Assembly (NCBI RefSeq): GCF_018350175.1
Contig: NC_058375.1
Coordinates: 203,050,001-203,114,000 of the forward strand
DNA from: Felis catus
Taxonomy: Eukaryota
Direction of reading: 5' to 3'
DNA length: 64,000 nucleotides
Shown: positions 1-12,705 of the stretch, in pieces
How positions within the stretch are numbered: position 1 is the first letter of the stretch
How the letters are laid out: each line of letters starts with the position of its first letter
Notes under the pieces: model-generated
The model's database searches: none
Told to the model about the DNA's origin: nothing
Seen by the model: only the letters and a program-made list of their open reading frames with translations
Program-made: the position numbers and the translations under genes

Positions 1-560
1 TTTCACATGTTTACCCATTTAGTTTCTACTCACGTGCTGATGACTTCTGCATCTTAACGCGACTCCTTGCCCAGAACTTCCAACGAGGCATCTCCACCTG
101 AACCTCTCTTAGGTACTTACTGCTCAGCATACTGACAACTCAACACACCCTCTTTCCGCTCTGCCCTCCACCCCCACCTCCCCTAAATAGATGGGCTTTT
201 TCTATATTTTCCATCCTGCTTGCTGCCATCACCAACCATGAAGCCCTACTATCCGCCTCATCCCACACCCAGTCACCAGTTGCTATTTTGATGTCCTAAT
301 TACTTCTGGATTCTGTCACTTTTATCACCACCCTGATCCACATCTCTCTCATCACTCATCTGGCACACTGTGACAGTTTCCCTGCCCACACTCCTGTCCC
401 CCACTGAAATCCGTGCCCCGAAATATGGCTAGATTATTTTAAAATGCAAATTTGGTAAGCCTTTCTGCCATTTAATATTGATCAAAGGCTCTCCTACAAA
501 CTTTCATTCAAGCTCCCTGATATGGCTTAAAAGCCTCTGAGATCTGTCCCTGCCCTGTCT

Positions 561-592
<32 letters not shown>

Positions 593-1070
593 GGTGGTGA
601 AACTAGAAGGGAATTTATTTCAGTGAGCCAACACTGGGAGTGCCCTGTCTTGCTTTTTACACTACAGCACCAAACCCCACACAGCTTGTCCTCCCCCACC
701 CTTGCTTTGCACACAAACACACACCCCATCCTTCTGTTTGGCAAACACTTCACTTGTCTTTGAACATGTACTTTAGGGCACTCTCCATCTACAAAGACTC
801 CCTTGATGTCTCACATCACTTGCCCCCCACGTCAGACCTGCTCTCCTGGTGTTCCCTCAGTGTCCTTCTGTTTTTCCATATATCACGTGGAATCTTCATT
901 CTCTCTATACAAGTATGATATGGGGGGGAGATACAGGTATATGTGTGTATGTATAACCTCCACTATACTGCTTATTCAGGAAGGCAGGGACTATGTTTTA
1001 ATCATCTGAATATTCCCAGAGCCTAACACAGTGCCTGGCACATAGTAGATGTTCAGTAAACATATGTCAA
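1..1070 (+). mobile_element. Degraded L2 LINE remnant, interrupted by a small retrocopy at 551-653
   Basis: Ends in the typical L2 3' motif 'cccagagcctaacacagtgcctggcacatagtagatgttcagtaaa' (~1015-1060); pyrimidine-rich L2-like body upstream. Family recognised from memory of the consensus; boundaries approximate. Confidence 0.55.
565..640 (-). mobile_element. 48-nt 5'-truncated retrocopy of a polyadenylated RNA with A28 tail and TSD
   Basis: Minus strand reads ctcccagtgttggctcactgAAATAAAttcccttctagtttcaccacc(A)28. AATAAA (plus 614-619) lies 21 nt before the poly(A). Direct repeat tgccctgtcttgc at 551-563 and 641-653. Confidence 0.75.
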
Positions 1071-1423
1071 ACTATACTAAACCAGTGTTTGAACTTTTGA
1101 AGCAGCCAATGTAAATAGATTTTTGTGTGGTACATACCTATTGACAGTAAATATCTTGCCTTTGTTTGTTATTGTTTTAGAGTGGATGGTAGCTAAGCTA
1201 ACATAACCCGCACATAGACTTGTGAGCTCTTTGTTCCTCTACTAGGCTAAAGGCAGTGAAAATGATCTAGATTTGGAATTTCGTATTTGTTGGTTTTGGA
1301 GCTAAAAGCTTTTCTGAGTTTAAAGTAAGAGTGCCCAACCAGCTTGATCTTCGTGATTGTATCAAAGTATCATGTTTCCAAAACAGTTTTGACCAAACTA
1401 TTTAGACTCAGCTAAATATTTTC

Positions 1424-1647
1424 CTTTTAAACTCTTTTTAAAAATTTTTAAATGTTTATTTATATTTGAGGGAGAGAGACACAGGGAAGGGTAGGGGCAG
1501 AGAGAGAGGGAGACACAGAATCTGAAGCAGACTCCAGGCGCTGAGCTGTCAGCCCAGAGCCCAACGTGGGGCTTGAACCCACGAGCCATGAGATAATGAC
1601 CTGAGCTGAAGTCAGACGCTCAACCGACTGAGCCACCCAGGCGCCCC
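1424..1647 (-). mobile_element. Can-SINE (SINEC_Fc-like)
   Basis: tRNA-derived head, (AG)n linker and T-rich tail; 16-bp TSD tcagctaaatattttc at 1408-1423 and 1648-1663. Confidence 0.95.
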
Positions 1648-1857
1648 TCAGCTAAATATTTTCATCAAAAATCCAGTTATATGTATTAGTGCATGTTTGA
1701 AAAAAAAAATGTGACTCTGCAGAAATGGAATAAGGTTAAAAGAAATCTCATTTTTTTTTAAGTATGAAAAGTGAGTGGACTCCCCTTCAAAATGTCTATT
1801 TCATAAAAGATAATGAAAATCTGAGGAACTATTCAAGATTGAAAAGGAGACCAAAGT

Positions 1858-2081
1858 GGGGTGCCTGGGTGGCTCAGTCGTTTAAGTGTCTGACTCTTGG
1901 TTTCGGCTCAGGTCATAATCTCAGAGTTTCGTGAGTTCAAGCCCTGCATCGGGCTCCGTGCTGACTAGTGCGGAACCTACTTAGAATTCTCTCTCCCTCT
2001 CTCTCTACTCCTCCACTGCTCATGCTGTCTCTGTCTCTCTCAAACATAAATAAATAAACTTAAGAAAAAAATATTAAAAAA
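1858..2081 (+). mobile_element. Can-SINE
   Basis: Head ggggtgcctgggtggctcagtcg, (CT)n linker, A-rich tail; 16-bp TSD gaaaaggagaccaaag at 1841-1856 and 2082-2097. Confidence 0.95.
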
Positions 2082-2099
2082 GAAAAGGAGACCAAAGAG

Positions 2100-2830
2100 A
2101 AATGACAGTAAATGCAAGGGATGATCTTGGATCTGGGTGGGAGAAAAAAAGTTCCTATAAAGGTCATTATTGGGACAACCGGTAAAATTTGAATATGGGT
2201 TGTATATTACATAAAAGATTGTATCAAGATCAAACTTCCTGAATTTCACTTTGTTTCTATAAGAGGATATCCTTATTTTAGGATATACATCCTGAAGATT
2301 TCAGAGATGAAGGGTCATGTTCTCTGCAAAGTATATCAAATGATTTGGAAAAGTAAATAAATAAATGAGTATGTGAATGTATGGTGTGTGTGTGTGTAGA
2401 GAGAGGGAGGAAGGGAGAGAGAGGGACAGATGGACATAATGATAAAGCAAACGTGGCACAATGTTGGGAAGAAATACGTATGATAAATACAACATATGGA
2501 AGTTTGTTATTCAGTGGATAAATGTTGTATATTTAGACAACTAAATAGAATGAACAAAGTGTAAGAACAAAAATATGCATGAATCTCAAACAAAATATTG
2601 AATAAAAGACACTAGACACAAAAAATACATATGATTCCATTTATATAAAGTACATTTATATTGTTAGAAGTCAAGATAGTGGCTACCCTTGGGGTAGGGG
2701 AGCAGCATTTGGAGGAATCCTCTTTAGGGTGGTGATATCTCATTTCTTGATCTGGGTGCTGGTTATACAGAAGTGTTGAACTTGTGAAAATCCAATCACC
2801 TATATACATTTCTGTATGTATTAGTTATAC
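2100..2830 (+). mobile_element. Old L1M (L1MC/L1ME-like) 3' remnant
   Basis: Motifs such as 'aagtcaagatagtggctacccttgggg...gatctgggtgctggttatacagaagtg...tgtattagttatacatcaa' resemble ancestral mammalian L1 3' ends (from memory). Confidence 0.5.
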
Positions 2831-2854
2831 ATCAACAAGAAGTGTCAATACCAA

Positions 2855-3382
2855 GTGTATTGATTATCTATTTCTGCATAACAAGTTACTCCAAAACTTA
2901 GCAACCTAAAACAACATTGTCTCACACTATTTCTGAGGATCGGGATCTGGGAGCAGCTTAGTTGGGTGGTTCTGGTTCAAAATCTCCCACAGGGCTGCAA
3001 TGAAGATGTCAGCTAGGGCTGGCTGCAGTCATCTGAAGGCTGGACTGGGGCCGACAGATCTGCTTCCACAATGGCACACTGAACACAGCTGTTGGCTAGA
3101 AGCCTCCGTTACTCACTGGCAAGAGGCCTCAGTTCCTTATCATGCTAACCTCTTCCTATGGCCATTCAAGTGTCTTCACATGACAGCTACCTTCCCCAGA
3201 GCAAGTGATCCAAGAGAGAGCAAGAAGGAAGCCACAATGCTTTTTATGACCTAGTGTCAAAAGTCACACTCTATCACCTCCACCATATTCAATTTGTTAG
3301 AAACAGGTCACTGAGTCCAGCTCACACTTTTGAAGGGAGAAGAAGCAAAGAATTCGGGGACATATTTTAAAACAACCACACC
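2855..3382. mobile_element. MaLR (MLT1-type) solo LTR
   Basis: Begins 'tgtattgattatctatttctgcataacaagttactccaaaacttagc' and ends 'catattttaaaacaaccaca'; both are characteristic MLT1 termini. Confidence 0.7.
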
Positions 3383-3484
3383 AAGCTTACCTGGAAATTT
3401 CATTAAAAGATTTGGCTTAGCTACATATTAAAAATAAATAAATGGAGACCACGTATTAACACGTGGGAAGTGGACAATACAGTA

Positions 3485-3690
3485 ATAGCTAATTATATAC
3501 GTTTGCTAAGTTATTTAGTACACATGATACTATGATACACATAGATCTAAGTGCTTTACATGTATCCTTTTATGTACTCCTCACCACTGCATTTTGACAT
3601 AGGACTCCCTCACCTCCTACTTTACAGATGATGAAATTGAGGCCGAATGAGGTAAATGGCTTGCCCAAAGTTACACAGCTAGTTGTGGTT
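3485..3690 (-). mobile_element. MIR
   Basis: Core 'tttacagatgatgaaattgaggc...cttgcccaaagttacacagctagt'. Confidence 0.75.
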
Positions 3691-4277
3691 ATAGCACTGC
3701 TTCTCAGTATTCTGGTTGTCCCATACATCCTCATATTTTAAAGCACCAACATAGAATTGTAGGTGAGGTAAAATGATTCTTTCAACATTAGAAAAAGAAA
3801 TCTGAATTCTGGGTCAGTTATAAATGAGGTATAGCTGAATTAAAAATTTGAACACACAAAGTGTTACTTGTTTAAAAAGCACTATTGCACTCCACAGACT
3901 TCAGGAGGAGAAAAATATGTCAACAGACAAAATGAGCTTCTATTACACAAATACTTTTACTAGTTCAAGGACACTTTAAACAACTAGAATTAATAACAGG
4001 ACAACACGAAAATTAATATAGATTCTCTGCATCAGAATCTCAATCTCTAGTCAATGAAATTAAAGAAGATGGATACAAATCAGAAACTTTCCATTTGAAA
4101 CAAAAACGTGAGTTTGCCAGAGATCAAAAGGATCACATCTACCTCGAGAAACAAAAACATTGGTTCAAAAAGATCTCCTTGTTACACTTAGGGTGAGCAT
4201 ACATAACATACAGACTTGTCAAATCGCTATGTTGTACACCTCAAACTAATGTAACGTTGTGTGTCAACTATACTTTT

Positions 4278-4488
4278 TTTTTTTTTTAACATTTTATTTA
4301 TTTTTGAGACAGGGAGAGACAGAGCATGAATGGGGGAGGGTCAGAGAGAGAGGGAGACACAGACTGAAACAGGCTCCAGGCTCTGAGCTGTCAGCACAGA
4401 GCCCGACGCGGGGCTCGAACTCACAGACCGTGAGATCATGACCTGAGCCGAAGTCGGACGCTTAACCGACTGAGCCACCCAGGCGCCC
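4278..4488 (-). mobile_element. Can-SINE A (young SINEC_Fc)
   Basis: Near-consensus element; TSD caactatactttt at 4265-4277 and 4489-4501. Confidence 0.95.
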
Positions 4489-4501
4489 CAACTATACTTT
4501 T

Positions 4502-4733
4502 ATTTACTTATTTATTTAGTTATTTGTTTTAATGTTTATTTATTTTTGAGAAAGAGAGAGACAGTGCACATGGGGGAGGAACAGAGAGAGAGGGAGACAC
4601 AGAATACAAAGTGGGCTCCAGGCTCTGAGCTGTAGCACATAGCCCGACACGGGGCTCGAACTCACAAACGGTGAGATCATGACCTGAGCCGAAGTCCGAT
4701 GCTTACTTAACCCATTGGGTCACCCAGGTGCCC
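4502..4733 (-). mobile_element. Can-SINE B
   Basis: Full head, (AG)n linker and T-rich tail; its TSD is recovered only if the adjacent spacer is inverted (see findings). Confidence 0.92.
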
Positions 4734-4768
4734 TGAGAACTTTTTTTAAAAGTATAGTTGACACACAT

Positions 4769-4975
4769 GGGGTGCCTGGCTGGCTTAGTCGGTTAAGCGT
4801 CCTGCTCAGGTCATGATCTCACCATTCATGAGTTCGAGCCCCACTTCAGGCTCTGTGCTGACGGCTCAGAGCCTGGAGCCTGCTTCTGATTCTGTACCTC
4901 CTTCTTTCTCTGCCCCTCCCCCACTCACGCTCTCTCTTTTTAAAATTAATTAATTAATTAATTAATTAAAAAAAT
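4769..4975 (+). mobile_element. Can-SINE C
   Basis: Head ggggtgcctggctggcttagtcggttaagcgtcc, (TTAA)n/A tail; head-to-head with SINE B across 35 bp. Confidence 0.92.
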
Positions 4976-5329
4976 AAGTTCTCAAACAAGAGATGAGATT
5001 ATTTTAATAAGGAGGGATCAGAGAACTATATTTGAAGTTAGATTTACAACTTCATCTCCTCACATTCTCTTGACTCAGTAAAACACCAGAAAGCCTTTCC
5101 AGCAGCTAGGAAAATTTGCACAAAAAATACACTTAAAACTTAATGGTGAAATCTTTACGTATTTTAAGAAATTATTACTTTAAAAAAAAAGCAAATAATT
5201 TTATTTTCAATTATTTATGATTATATTTTAACTTTTACTGATGTTTAGTTTATGCTTTAAAATAATATTTGATTAATTTTATATTCTGGTAATCTATAGT
5301 AAAACAATATATATTTAACATTCATGCTT

Positions 5330-5638
5330 TTTAAAAATTTTTGTATTTAAATTCTAGTTAGTTACCATATTGGTTTCAGGAGTAGAATTTAGTGAGTCAT
5401 CACTTACCCACAACACCCAGTGGTCATCACAAGTGCCCTCCTTTAATACCCATCTAGCCCATCCCCCTCCCTCCTCCTTCCATCAGGGGGAAGGAAGAAG
5501 GAGACAGCGAGACTCTTCAGCAGGCTCCACCCTCAGAGAGGAGCCCGATGCAGGGCTGGATTCTAAGACCCTAGGATCATGACCTGAGTGGAAATCAAGG
5601 GTCTGCCGCTCAACTGACTGAGCCACCCAGACACCCCC
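5330..5638 (-). mobile_element. Carnivore L1 3' fragment fused to a partial Can-SINE
   Basis: 'ggtttcaggagtagaatttagtgagtcatcacttacccacaacacccagt...aagtgccctcc' is L1-carnivore 3' UTR-like; SINE head at ~5500-5638. Confidence 0.7.
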
Positions 5639-5835
5639 AGAAACTACTTTTTTAAATGTTGAGCATTTTGCTGTAAAAATAAATGATTCCTTTATTTAAA
5701 ATAAATACTCGAAACATCAGTGAAGTCATTTTGGTCTGATCTGTCAACCTCTAACGGCTAGTAATTATTGACACTGTGATTTGAACTGCTCAGAATAGCT
5801 CTAATTTTACATTTCATCTAAATCAGGGTTCTTCC

Positions 5836-6034
5836 GGGTGCCTGGGTGGCTCAGTTGGGTAAGCATCAGATTTCAGCTCAGGTAATGATCTCATGGTTCG
5901 TGAGTTCGAGCCCTGTGTTGGGCTCTGTGCTGACAGCCTCCTTGGGATTCTCTGTCTCCCTCTCTCTCTGCCCATCCCCTGCTGGCTCTCTCTCTCTCTC
6001 TCTCAGAACAAATAAATAAACAGAAAAAAAAAAA
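5836..6034 (+). mobile_element. Can-SINE
   Basis: Head, (CT)n linker and A tail; imperfect TSD aaatcagggt/cttct. Confidence 0.9.
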
Positions 6035-6035
6035 A

Positions 6036-6250
6036 TCAGGGCTTCTCAGCTGTTGACTAAATGTACTATTGACCTTCTGAGCCAGATAATTCTTTCTTGG
6101 TGGTGATACGGATCATCCTGTTCATTGTAGAATGAAGAGCAGCATCCTTGGTCTCTGTCCATTGGATGCCAGTAGCACCCTCCCCAAATCCCCTCCACCC
6201 TCACAAATGTTCCCTCAGGGCAAAATTGTCCCCTGTTGAGAACTATTGAT
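6036..6250 (-). mobile_element. MER20-like hAT DNA transposon remnant
   Basis: 'ctattgaccttctgagccagataattcttt...gatgccagtagcaccc...gggcaaaattgtcccctgttgagaactattg' matches my recollection of the MER20 reverse complement. Confidence 0.7.
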
Positions 6251-6402
6251 CTAAATTATACTGCTCTGGCTATATGGAAAGAATACTAAACTTGGAATCA
6301 AGGTGTGAATTTGAATGCTAGTTTTCCCAGCTATACATACATGTTTAGAAGCACACCTTTCAAAATAATACAAAAGTTACCTGGCTTTTCAGCTTCATGT
6401 CT

Positions 6403-6620
6403 GGGGCACCTGGGTGGCTCAGTCGGTTGGGGGTCCGATTTCGGCTCAGGTCATGATCTCTAGGTTCATGGGCTTGAGCCCCGCATCGGCCTCTGTGCTG
6501 ACAGCTCAGAGCCTGGAGCCTGCTTCTGATTCTGTGTCTCCCTCTCTCTCTGCCCCTCCCCTGCTCGCTCTCTGTCTCTCAAAAATGAATAAACCTTTAA
6601 AAATTTTTTTAGAAAAAAAG
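6403..6620 (+). mobile_element. Can-SINE
   Basis: Full-length head, linker and tail. Confidence 0.93.
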
Positions 6621-8814
6621 ACTGCGATTTTCTTACCTTTGCTTTCCTATTTTTCCATTTTGTTTTCTTTTTTGTTCTTCTTTCTAAAATATCTTCCCAA
6701 CTTTACATTGCAACCATTCTTCTGAATTGTTTATCCTGTGATTACATTTTTTATCGAAGAACTTTCTTTGTTTTCTGAATATCCCTTTTTAGAGTTTCTT
6801 GCTCTTGTGCGTTAGATGAAAAATCTGTTCTTTGAAGGTAATTGCATTAATCATTATTAATATGTCATATAACTATATATAATATATAATCACACATAAT
6901 AAAATATTATTATATATAATACCTAATAATAGTTCTATTAATTATATTTTTATGTTCCCTGCATTGTCACTGGTGCCCCCCACCCCCCACATTTTTTTCT
7001 TTATTTTGGCCTCTGTCTTTCATGATAGAGATTTCCCAAATCCTGGTTTGCTCCTTCATATTTGAGTAGAGGCTCCTAAAAGCCAAATGAATACTCTCCA
7101 GGCACAAGTAGGACCCAGTGCTTGGCATCTTTCCTGTAGGGTGATTTGGCAGAGACAATCATTTTGTTGGGAACCCCCCCGTGCCAGTATCTGTGGATCT
7201 TTTTGCTTAGGCCGGTCAGTTCCCCCAGAGAAGAAGGCTGCACTTTCCAGCATGAGGAGTATAAACTTGACTGCCAGTGCTCTAGAAGCCAGCTGAAATA
7301 AGGGTGTGGTTTCTCTTCTCCCCCATCAGCTGCATCTGATGGCCCTAAGCCCAGAGTCCCTCTGGTCTGTTCTCAGGATATACCTCCTGCCTTCTGTTGA
7401 GGTAAGAGAGGCAATCATCTGGCCGCTCAGATCAGAGGAGGGAATCTGGGAATCTAACTGCTCCTTATGTGGATCTTCAATTCATCCCTCTGTTTTCAGC
7501 CCCAGTCTCCCATTTCACCTTCAGATATAACTGTTTCTTCCCATCCCAAGCCTTTCCAAGGCCCTGCAGCCCAAATTGACTTATGCCCCCATTCATCCCT
7601 CCTCTATTAGCTTTCCATTTTCCAAGATTTTTTAAAAATCATATCTAAATAAGATCTAGTCATTTTTAAATCATGTGTTCTTTCTTCTGCTCTCTTTATT
7701 CTCTTATTTTAGGGGAGTTTGAGAAGGGAACAAACATAAAATGTGTATGTTCAATCTACTTTATTTAACAGAAAGTTCCTTTTCCACTCTCCTAGCCTCT
7801 TGTGCACTCAATCTCCTCCATGCCCTACTTGTTAGGGTAATCTATAACATTTGCAGTGTTCTTCCCATGCCCTTCCTGGGGCTGGAATACCTCTGGTATC
7901 TTGTCTGCCTGGGGAATTTCCACTGTCCCTCCCCAATCCCACTCCTGGGCATTACTGGCCCCCTTTTCTGTGTTCTATAGCTTATGTACATTCATTAGAG
8001 CACAGTTTTCCAACTAGGAGTCATGGATTAGTGGGTCATGAAATCAACTTAGGGACCCTTAGATAGTATTTATGTTACATTTAAATATATTGGGATGAGA
8101 CGTAAGATATATTTCTTGGTGTGGGTCAAGGTTGAATAAGTTTGAAAGCCACTGTATTAGGGCATTTTTCACTTTGAATTGGTTGTTTATATGTCTTTAC
8201 TACTAGACATTGAGCAACTAGGGGGTAGAGACCATGAGTTATTCACTTTCTCTATGCCCGGGGTATTATGAAATCCAACAAGGCTTGGTCAATATTTAGT
8301 GGGTTGAATCAAATACATATGAGATCACTGTGTAACCCATAAAGTCATATGAACTTGAACTATATACCTAAACTAGGAGTCTAATTAGCTCACAGGACAG
8401 CTAGGGCACTTGAGGACAAGTGACAATATTGTCACAAAGGTTGTGTATCACATACCTGAGGCAGCAAGGCAGACCTCAGTGAAGGTGGACCCATGCTGCT
8501 CTACTAATTCCTGGGATCTGAAGCCAGCTCCAAGAGCTTCCCCATCCTGGTTATCTCACTTAGATATTTAAACATCTTGCTCTGCTAGGGTGTTTGATTA
8601 TTGATAACCCTTGAATAGATCTGGGATTCCCTACAAACACTCTGAGAAACCCGCCACTTAAGATTCCTCTTTTCAGTCGTTAAAAAGGTTATAAAGATTT
8701 GGGGGAGGCAATGTTGTATAATGATTTCATCATACAAGCGACTTACGGCCATACAAAAATCTGGCTCCAGATGCTATCTCCTTGAGAAAGTAACTTATCT
8801 CTCAAATTCAGTTT

Positions 8815-9036
8815 TCTTTCTTTTTAAAAAAAAAAATTTTAATGTTTATTTATTTTTGAGAGGGAAGGAGAGTGTGAGCGGGGGAGGGGCAGAGAGAGAG
8901 GGAGCTGGAGAATCCCAAGCCGACTCTGCACTCAGCACAAAGCCCAGCTCGGGGCTCGAACTCATGAACCGCAAGATCGTGACCATGACCGGAGCCAAAA
9001 TTGGATGCTGCACCCACTGAGCCACCCAGGCGCCCC
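8815..9036 (-). mobile_element. Can-SINE, followed by a short MIR fragment to ~9090
   Basis: T-rich tail, (AG)n linker, head ending gccacccaggcgcccc. Confidence 0.93.
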
Positions 9037-10064
9037 TCAAATTCACTTTTCTCATCTGCAAAATGGGAATACATAATATCCACTTCGAAAGGTAACACGT
9101 GAATAAGACCAGGACTGGACAGTGAACAAAACAGCTTTCCTTTCCTTTTCTGTATGTGTTCTCTAAGAGTTGTTTGAAGAAGAGGAAAACCACTAAACAG
9201 ATACCATCAGGCTAACATTTGAGTCAAACTGGGCCCGAGATGCCTTGACTGGCATCCTCACTTTGACCTTGTCTGCTTTAAACCTGCTGGCCCCGAACAA
9301 GAGGTGCCTGGCCATCACCCCACACGCTAAGTTGTAGAGCCGATTTCTGCTGTTTCAGGGAGGAGGCTGAGGCTCAGTTACCCACAGCTGAAGCACAAAG
9401 CTGCTTCTCAGGTCTGCATATGCTTTGTGGGTCTACAAAGAGACTTGCGCAGTGTTCAACTGTTAACTGATAACTCCTGACACACCTTGTTCAAGGTAGA
9501 AATGTTACTGGATTTCTCTCCTTTATTCCTTTATTCAGGGAGCGAGGAACCTACATTCAATCTATGCATTAGGGGGTGGTGACTTGGGTTGGTTCACCAC
9601 CCTTTTTAACTCGTGGAAAGCTCCTGGGCTATTGATCCGCACAAATAGCTATAACCCATCAGGTTAGGAGGAGTTTTGCCTGAGAAAAGAGAGACTGTCA
9701 GAGCTTCGCTCTCTCTTGTGGTCTCTGCGGTGTCTGAAGTAAGTCTTGTGGTGGTTAAAACATTGTGGCTCATGCTCAAGAGAGAGCTCCAAAGATTTTA
9801 TTTTTAGGGTCCTCTAAGCCTTCGGTTATCTGAGCATCCATGGAGTGGGAGCAGAGAGAAAGACAGTGTTTATCTTTGTTTAGTCTGCTCCAAACAAGGT
9901 TCCAAAAACTGAAAGCCTACAATTCTAAAGCCACTGATGAATGTAGACAGGAAAAAAAAAATCTTGAGACCAAATGACTATAGTTTAATATGAAGAGGAT
10001 GATTCAAAATCTGATAGTTGTATATTAAAACAAAATAAAAGCATTTATAAAGCCCTGGGAAATA

Positions 10065-10769
10065 TTTATTATTTTTTTAAGTTTATTTATTTATTTTGAG
10101 AGAGAGCAAGCACGAGCAGGGGAGGGACAGAGAGAGGGAGGGAGAGAATCCCAAGCAGCCTCCACACTCAGCATGGAGCCTGATCCGGGGCTTGATCCTA
10201 CAATGAGATCATGACCTGAGCCAACGTCAAGAGTCAGGTGCTTAACTGACTGAGCCACCCAGGCACCCCTAAGCCCTGGAAATTATTTAAGATTAACAAT
10301 AAGTAATCAGAGGGGTGTCTGGGTGGCTTGGTCAGTTAAGCGTCCGCCTTTGGCTCAGGTCATGATCTCACAGTCCGTGAGTTTGAGCCCCACATAGCGC
10401 TCTGTGCTGACACCTTCCGATTCTGTATGTGTGTGTGTCTCTCTCTGCCCCTCTCCTGCTCATACTTTATCTCTCTCTGTCTCTCAAGGATAAATGTATG
10501 TTAAATAAAATAAATGAAATGAAATGAAATGAAATAAAATAAAAAACTAGTGAACAGAATATTTAAAAAAAATTTTAATGTTTATTTTGAAGGAGAGAGA
10601 GACAGCGTGTGAGCAGGGGAGGGGCAGAGAGAGAGGGAGACAGAGAATAAGTGGGCGCCAGGCTCTGAGCTGTCAGTACAGAGCCCGATGTGGGGCTTGA
10701 ACTCACGAGCCATGAGATCATGACCTGAGCTGGTCAGATGCTTAACCGACTGAGCCACCCAGGTGCCCC
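10065..10769. mobile_element. Cluster of three Can-SINEs: 10065-10269(-), 10312-10545(+), 10572-10769(-)
   Basis: Three heads and tails in alternating orientation; the first has TSD aagccctgg(g)aaat; the second has a (GAAAT)n tail. Confidence 0.9.
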
Positions 10770-11320
10770 TAAACATAATATTAATGCACAGATTATAATA
10801 TTAGTATATCAGGAATCTTGCCAGAGCTGTGAAGGGAGGGTCTGTAAGGTTGGTCGGGAGCTCAGAAATCATTCTACTGCTACGACCACACCCAACACCA
10901 TGTGTAGACAATCCACCAGCAAAAAGTTCCAACTGAATGAACCACATGTTCATTTTTATTAATGTGAGTTGCCATAACAGGTATATCATGAAGGAAGTTT
11001 GGGTTGCAAAACACAGAAAACTTCACTAACAAAGACACTTATTCTGTCATATAACAAAAGGCCAGATGTGGTGCTCAGGGTAGGTTAATTTATCAACAAC
11101 TCTGGCTGGATCTTTCCCATCTCTCTTCTCTGCCACCTTCAACATGTTGACTTGTCCTCTCTGCTTGGCTCCATTCATGGTCACAAAATGGCTGCCTGAA
11201 AGCTACCGGTCACAGGTAATGTTTAGAGCAGAAATAAATTCTCATCTAAGTAGACAGTAAGTGCATATAAAGGTTTTATTTAAATCATAAATGAAGGAAC
11301 TGGTAAAGAATACAAAAAGT

Positions 11321-11707
11321 GGAGGTGCCTGGGTGGCTCAGTCGGTTGGGCGTCTGACTTCAGCTCGGGTCATGGTCTCACAGTTCATGGGTTTGAGCCC
11401 CGCTTCGCGGTCTGTGCTGACAGCTCAGAGCCTGGAGACTGCTTTGAATTCTGTGTCTCCCTCTCTCTCTGCCCCTCCCCCGTTCGCGCTCTGTCTCTGT
11501 CTCTCAAAAATAAATAAACATTAAAAAAAATTTTTTTAAAAAGAATACAAAAAGTTGGGGCGCCTGGGTGGCTCAGTTGGTTCAACTTCAGCTCAGGCAT
11601 GATCTTGTGGTTCGTGGGTTCAAGCCCCAAATCTGCTGTCAGCACAAAGCCCACTTCAGATCCTCTGTCCCCCCATCTCTGTCCCTCCCCCACTCTCACA
11701 ACCGCAA

Positions 11708-11739
<32 letters not shown>

Positions 11740-11773
11740 GCAAAAATGAGTAAACATTTAAAAAAATGTTTTA
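11321..11773 (+). mobile_element. Two tandem Can-SINEs (11321-11540, 11556-11773)
   Basis: Target sequence aatacaaaaagt is present three times (~11309-11320, 11544-11555, 11774-11785). Confidence 0.93.
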
Positions 11774-12409
11774 AATACAAAAAGTTGGTTCCCTGCTTTC
11801 AAGGAAGAAATATGTATATCAATAAATGAACAAAATTATTAGGTTCGGTACAAACCAATGGATGTTCCACAGGCAAAAAAATAACGCCTTTGTGGTTAGT
11901 GTTTCTTCAAGGCTATGTAAGAACAACACCGTATCAATTTCCACAGGTTAATGGTACAAAACTGTAAACTGTACCTTTATCAGCAGTGGATTGTTAGCCA
12001 AATATACTATAACAACAGCTATATTTCCAAGAGTGCCAGATGAAGGTCAAGCAGGCTTATTAGAAAAACTCTATCATTTTATTTTTAAAACAACAATCAT
12101 CATTTTGTCTTTTTTAAGGTTTAGGACCAACTTTTCTTTCAGGTACAAACTGTATTGTATGCCTTAACCAAGGTGAATGAGGGCAGTTTAATTGGCTTAG
12201 AGCAGTAGGGCTTTCTTTTCTTTCCTTTTTTTTTTTTTTTTTTTTGCGGGGATTTTTTTTTTATTTGAACTAAAGTTTGCAACCCATTAATGGGATGGTG
12301 GGATGGAAATAATACAGTATGGCAACCAGCATTTAAAAAAAAATGAAATAGAATATCAGAGTGCATCAAACATAAACATAATGACGTCAACGATTAGTTT
12401 TGGCCTCTG

Positions 12410-12410
<1 letters not shown>

Positions 12411-12452
<42 letters not shown>
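12411..12452. repeat. (TG)n microsatellite
   Basis: About 21 uninterrupted TG units. Confidence 0.95.
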
Positions 12453-12454
<2 letters not shown>

Positions 12455-12490
12455 GAGTATCAATGTAGTTATAAAATGGGTATAAAATGA

Positions 12491-12705
12491 GGGTGCCTGG
12501 GTGGCTCAATCGGTTAAGCATCTCACTCTTGATTTCGGCTCAGGTCATGATCTTGTAGTTCTTGAGTTTGAGCTCTGCTTCAGGCTCTGCGCTGGCAGTG
12601 CAGAACCTGCTTGGGATTCTCTCTCTGTCTCTGTCTCTCTCTCTCTCTGTCCCTCCCCTGATTGCTCTCTTTCTCAAAATAAATGAACTTAAAAAAAAAT
12701 TTTTA
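12491..12705 (+). mobile_element. Can-SINE
   Basis: Head, (CT)n linker and tail; TSD-like aatgggtataa on both sides. Confidence 0.9.
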
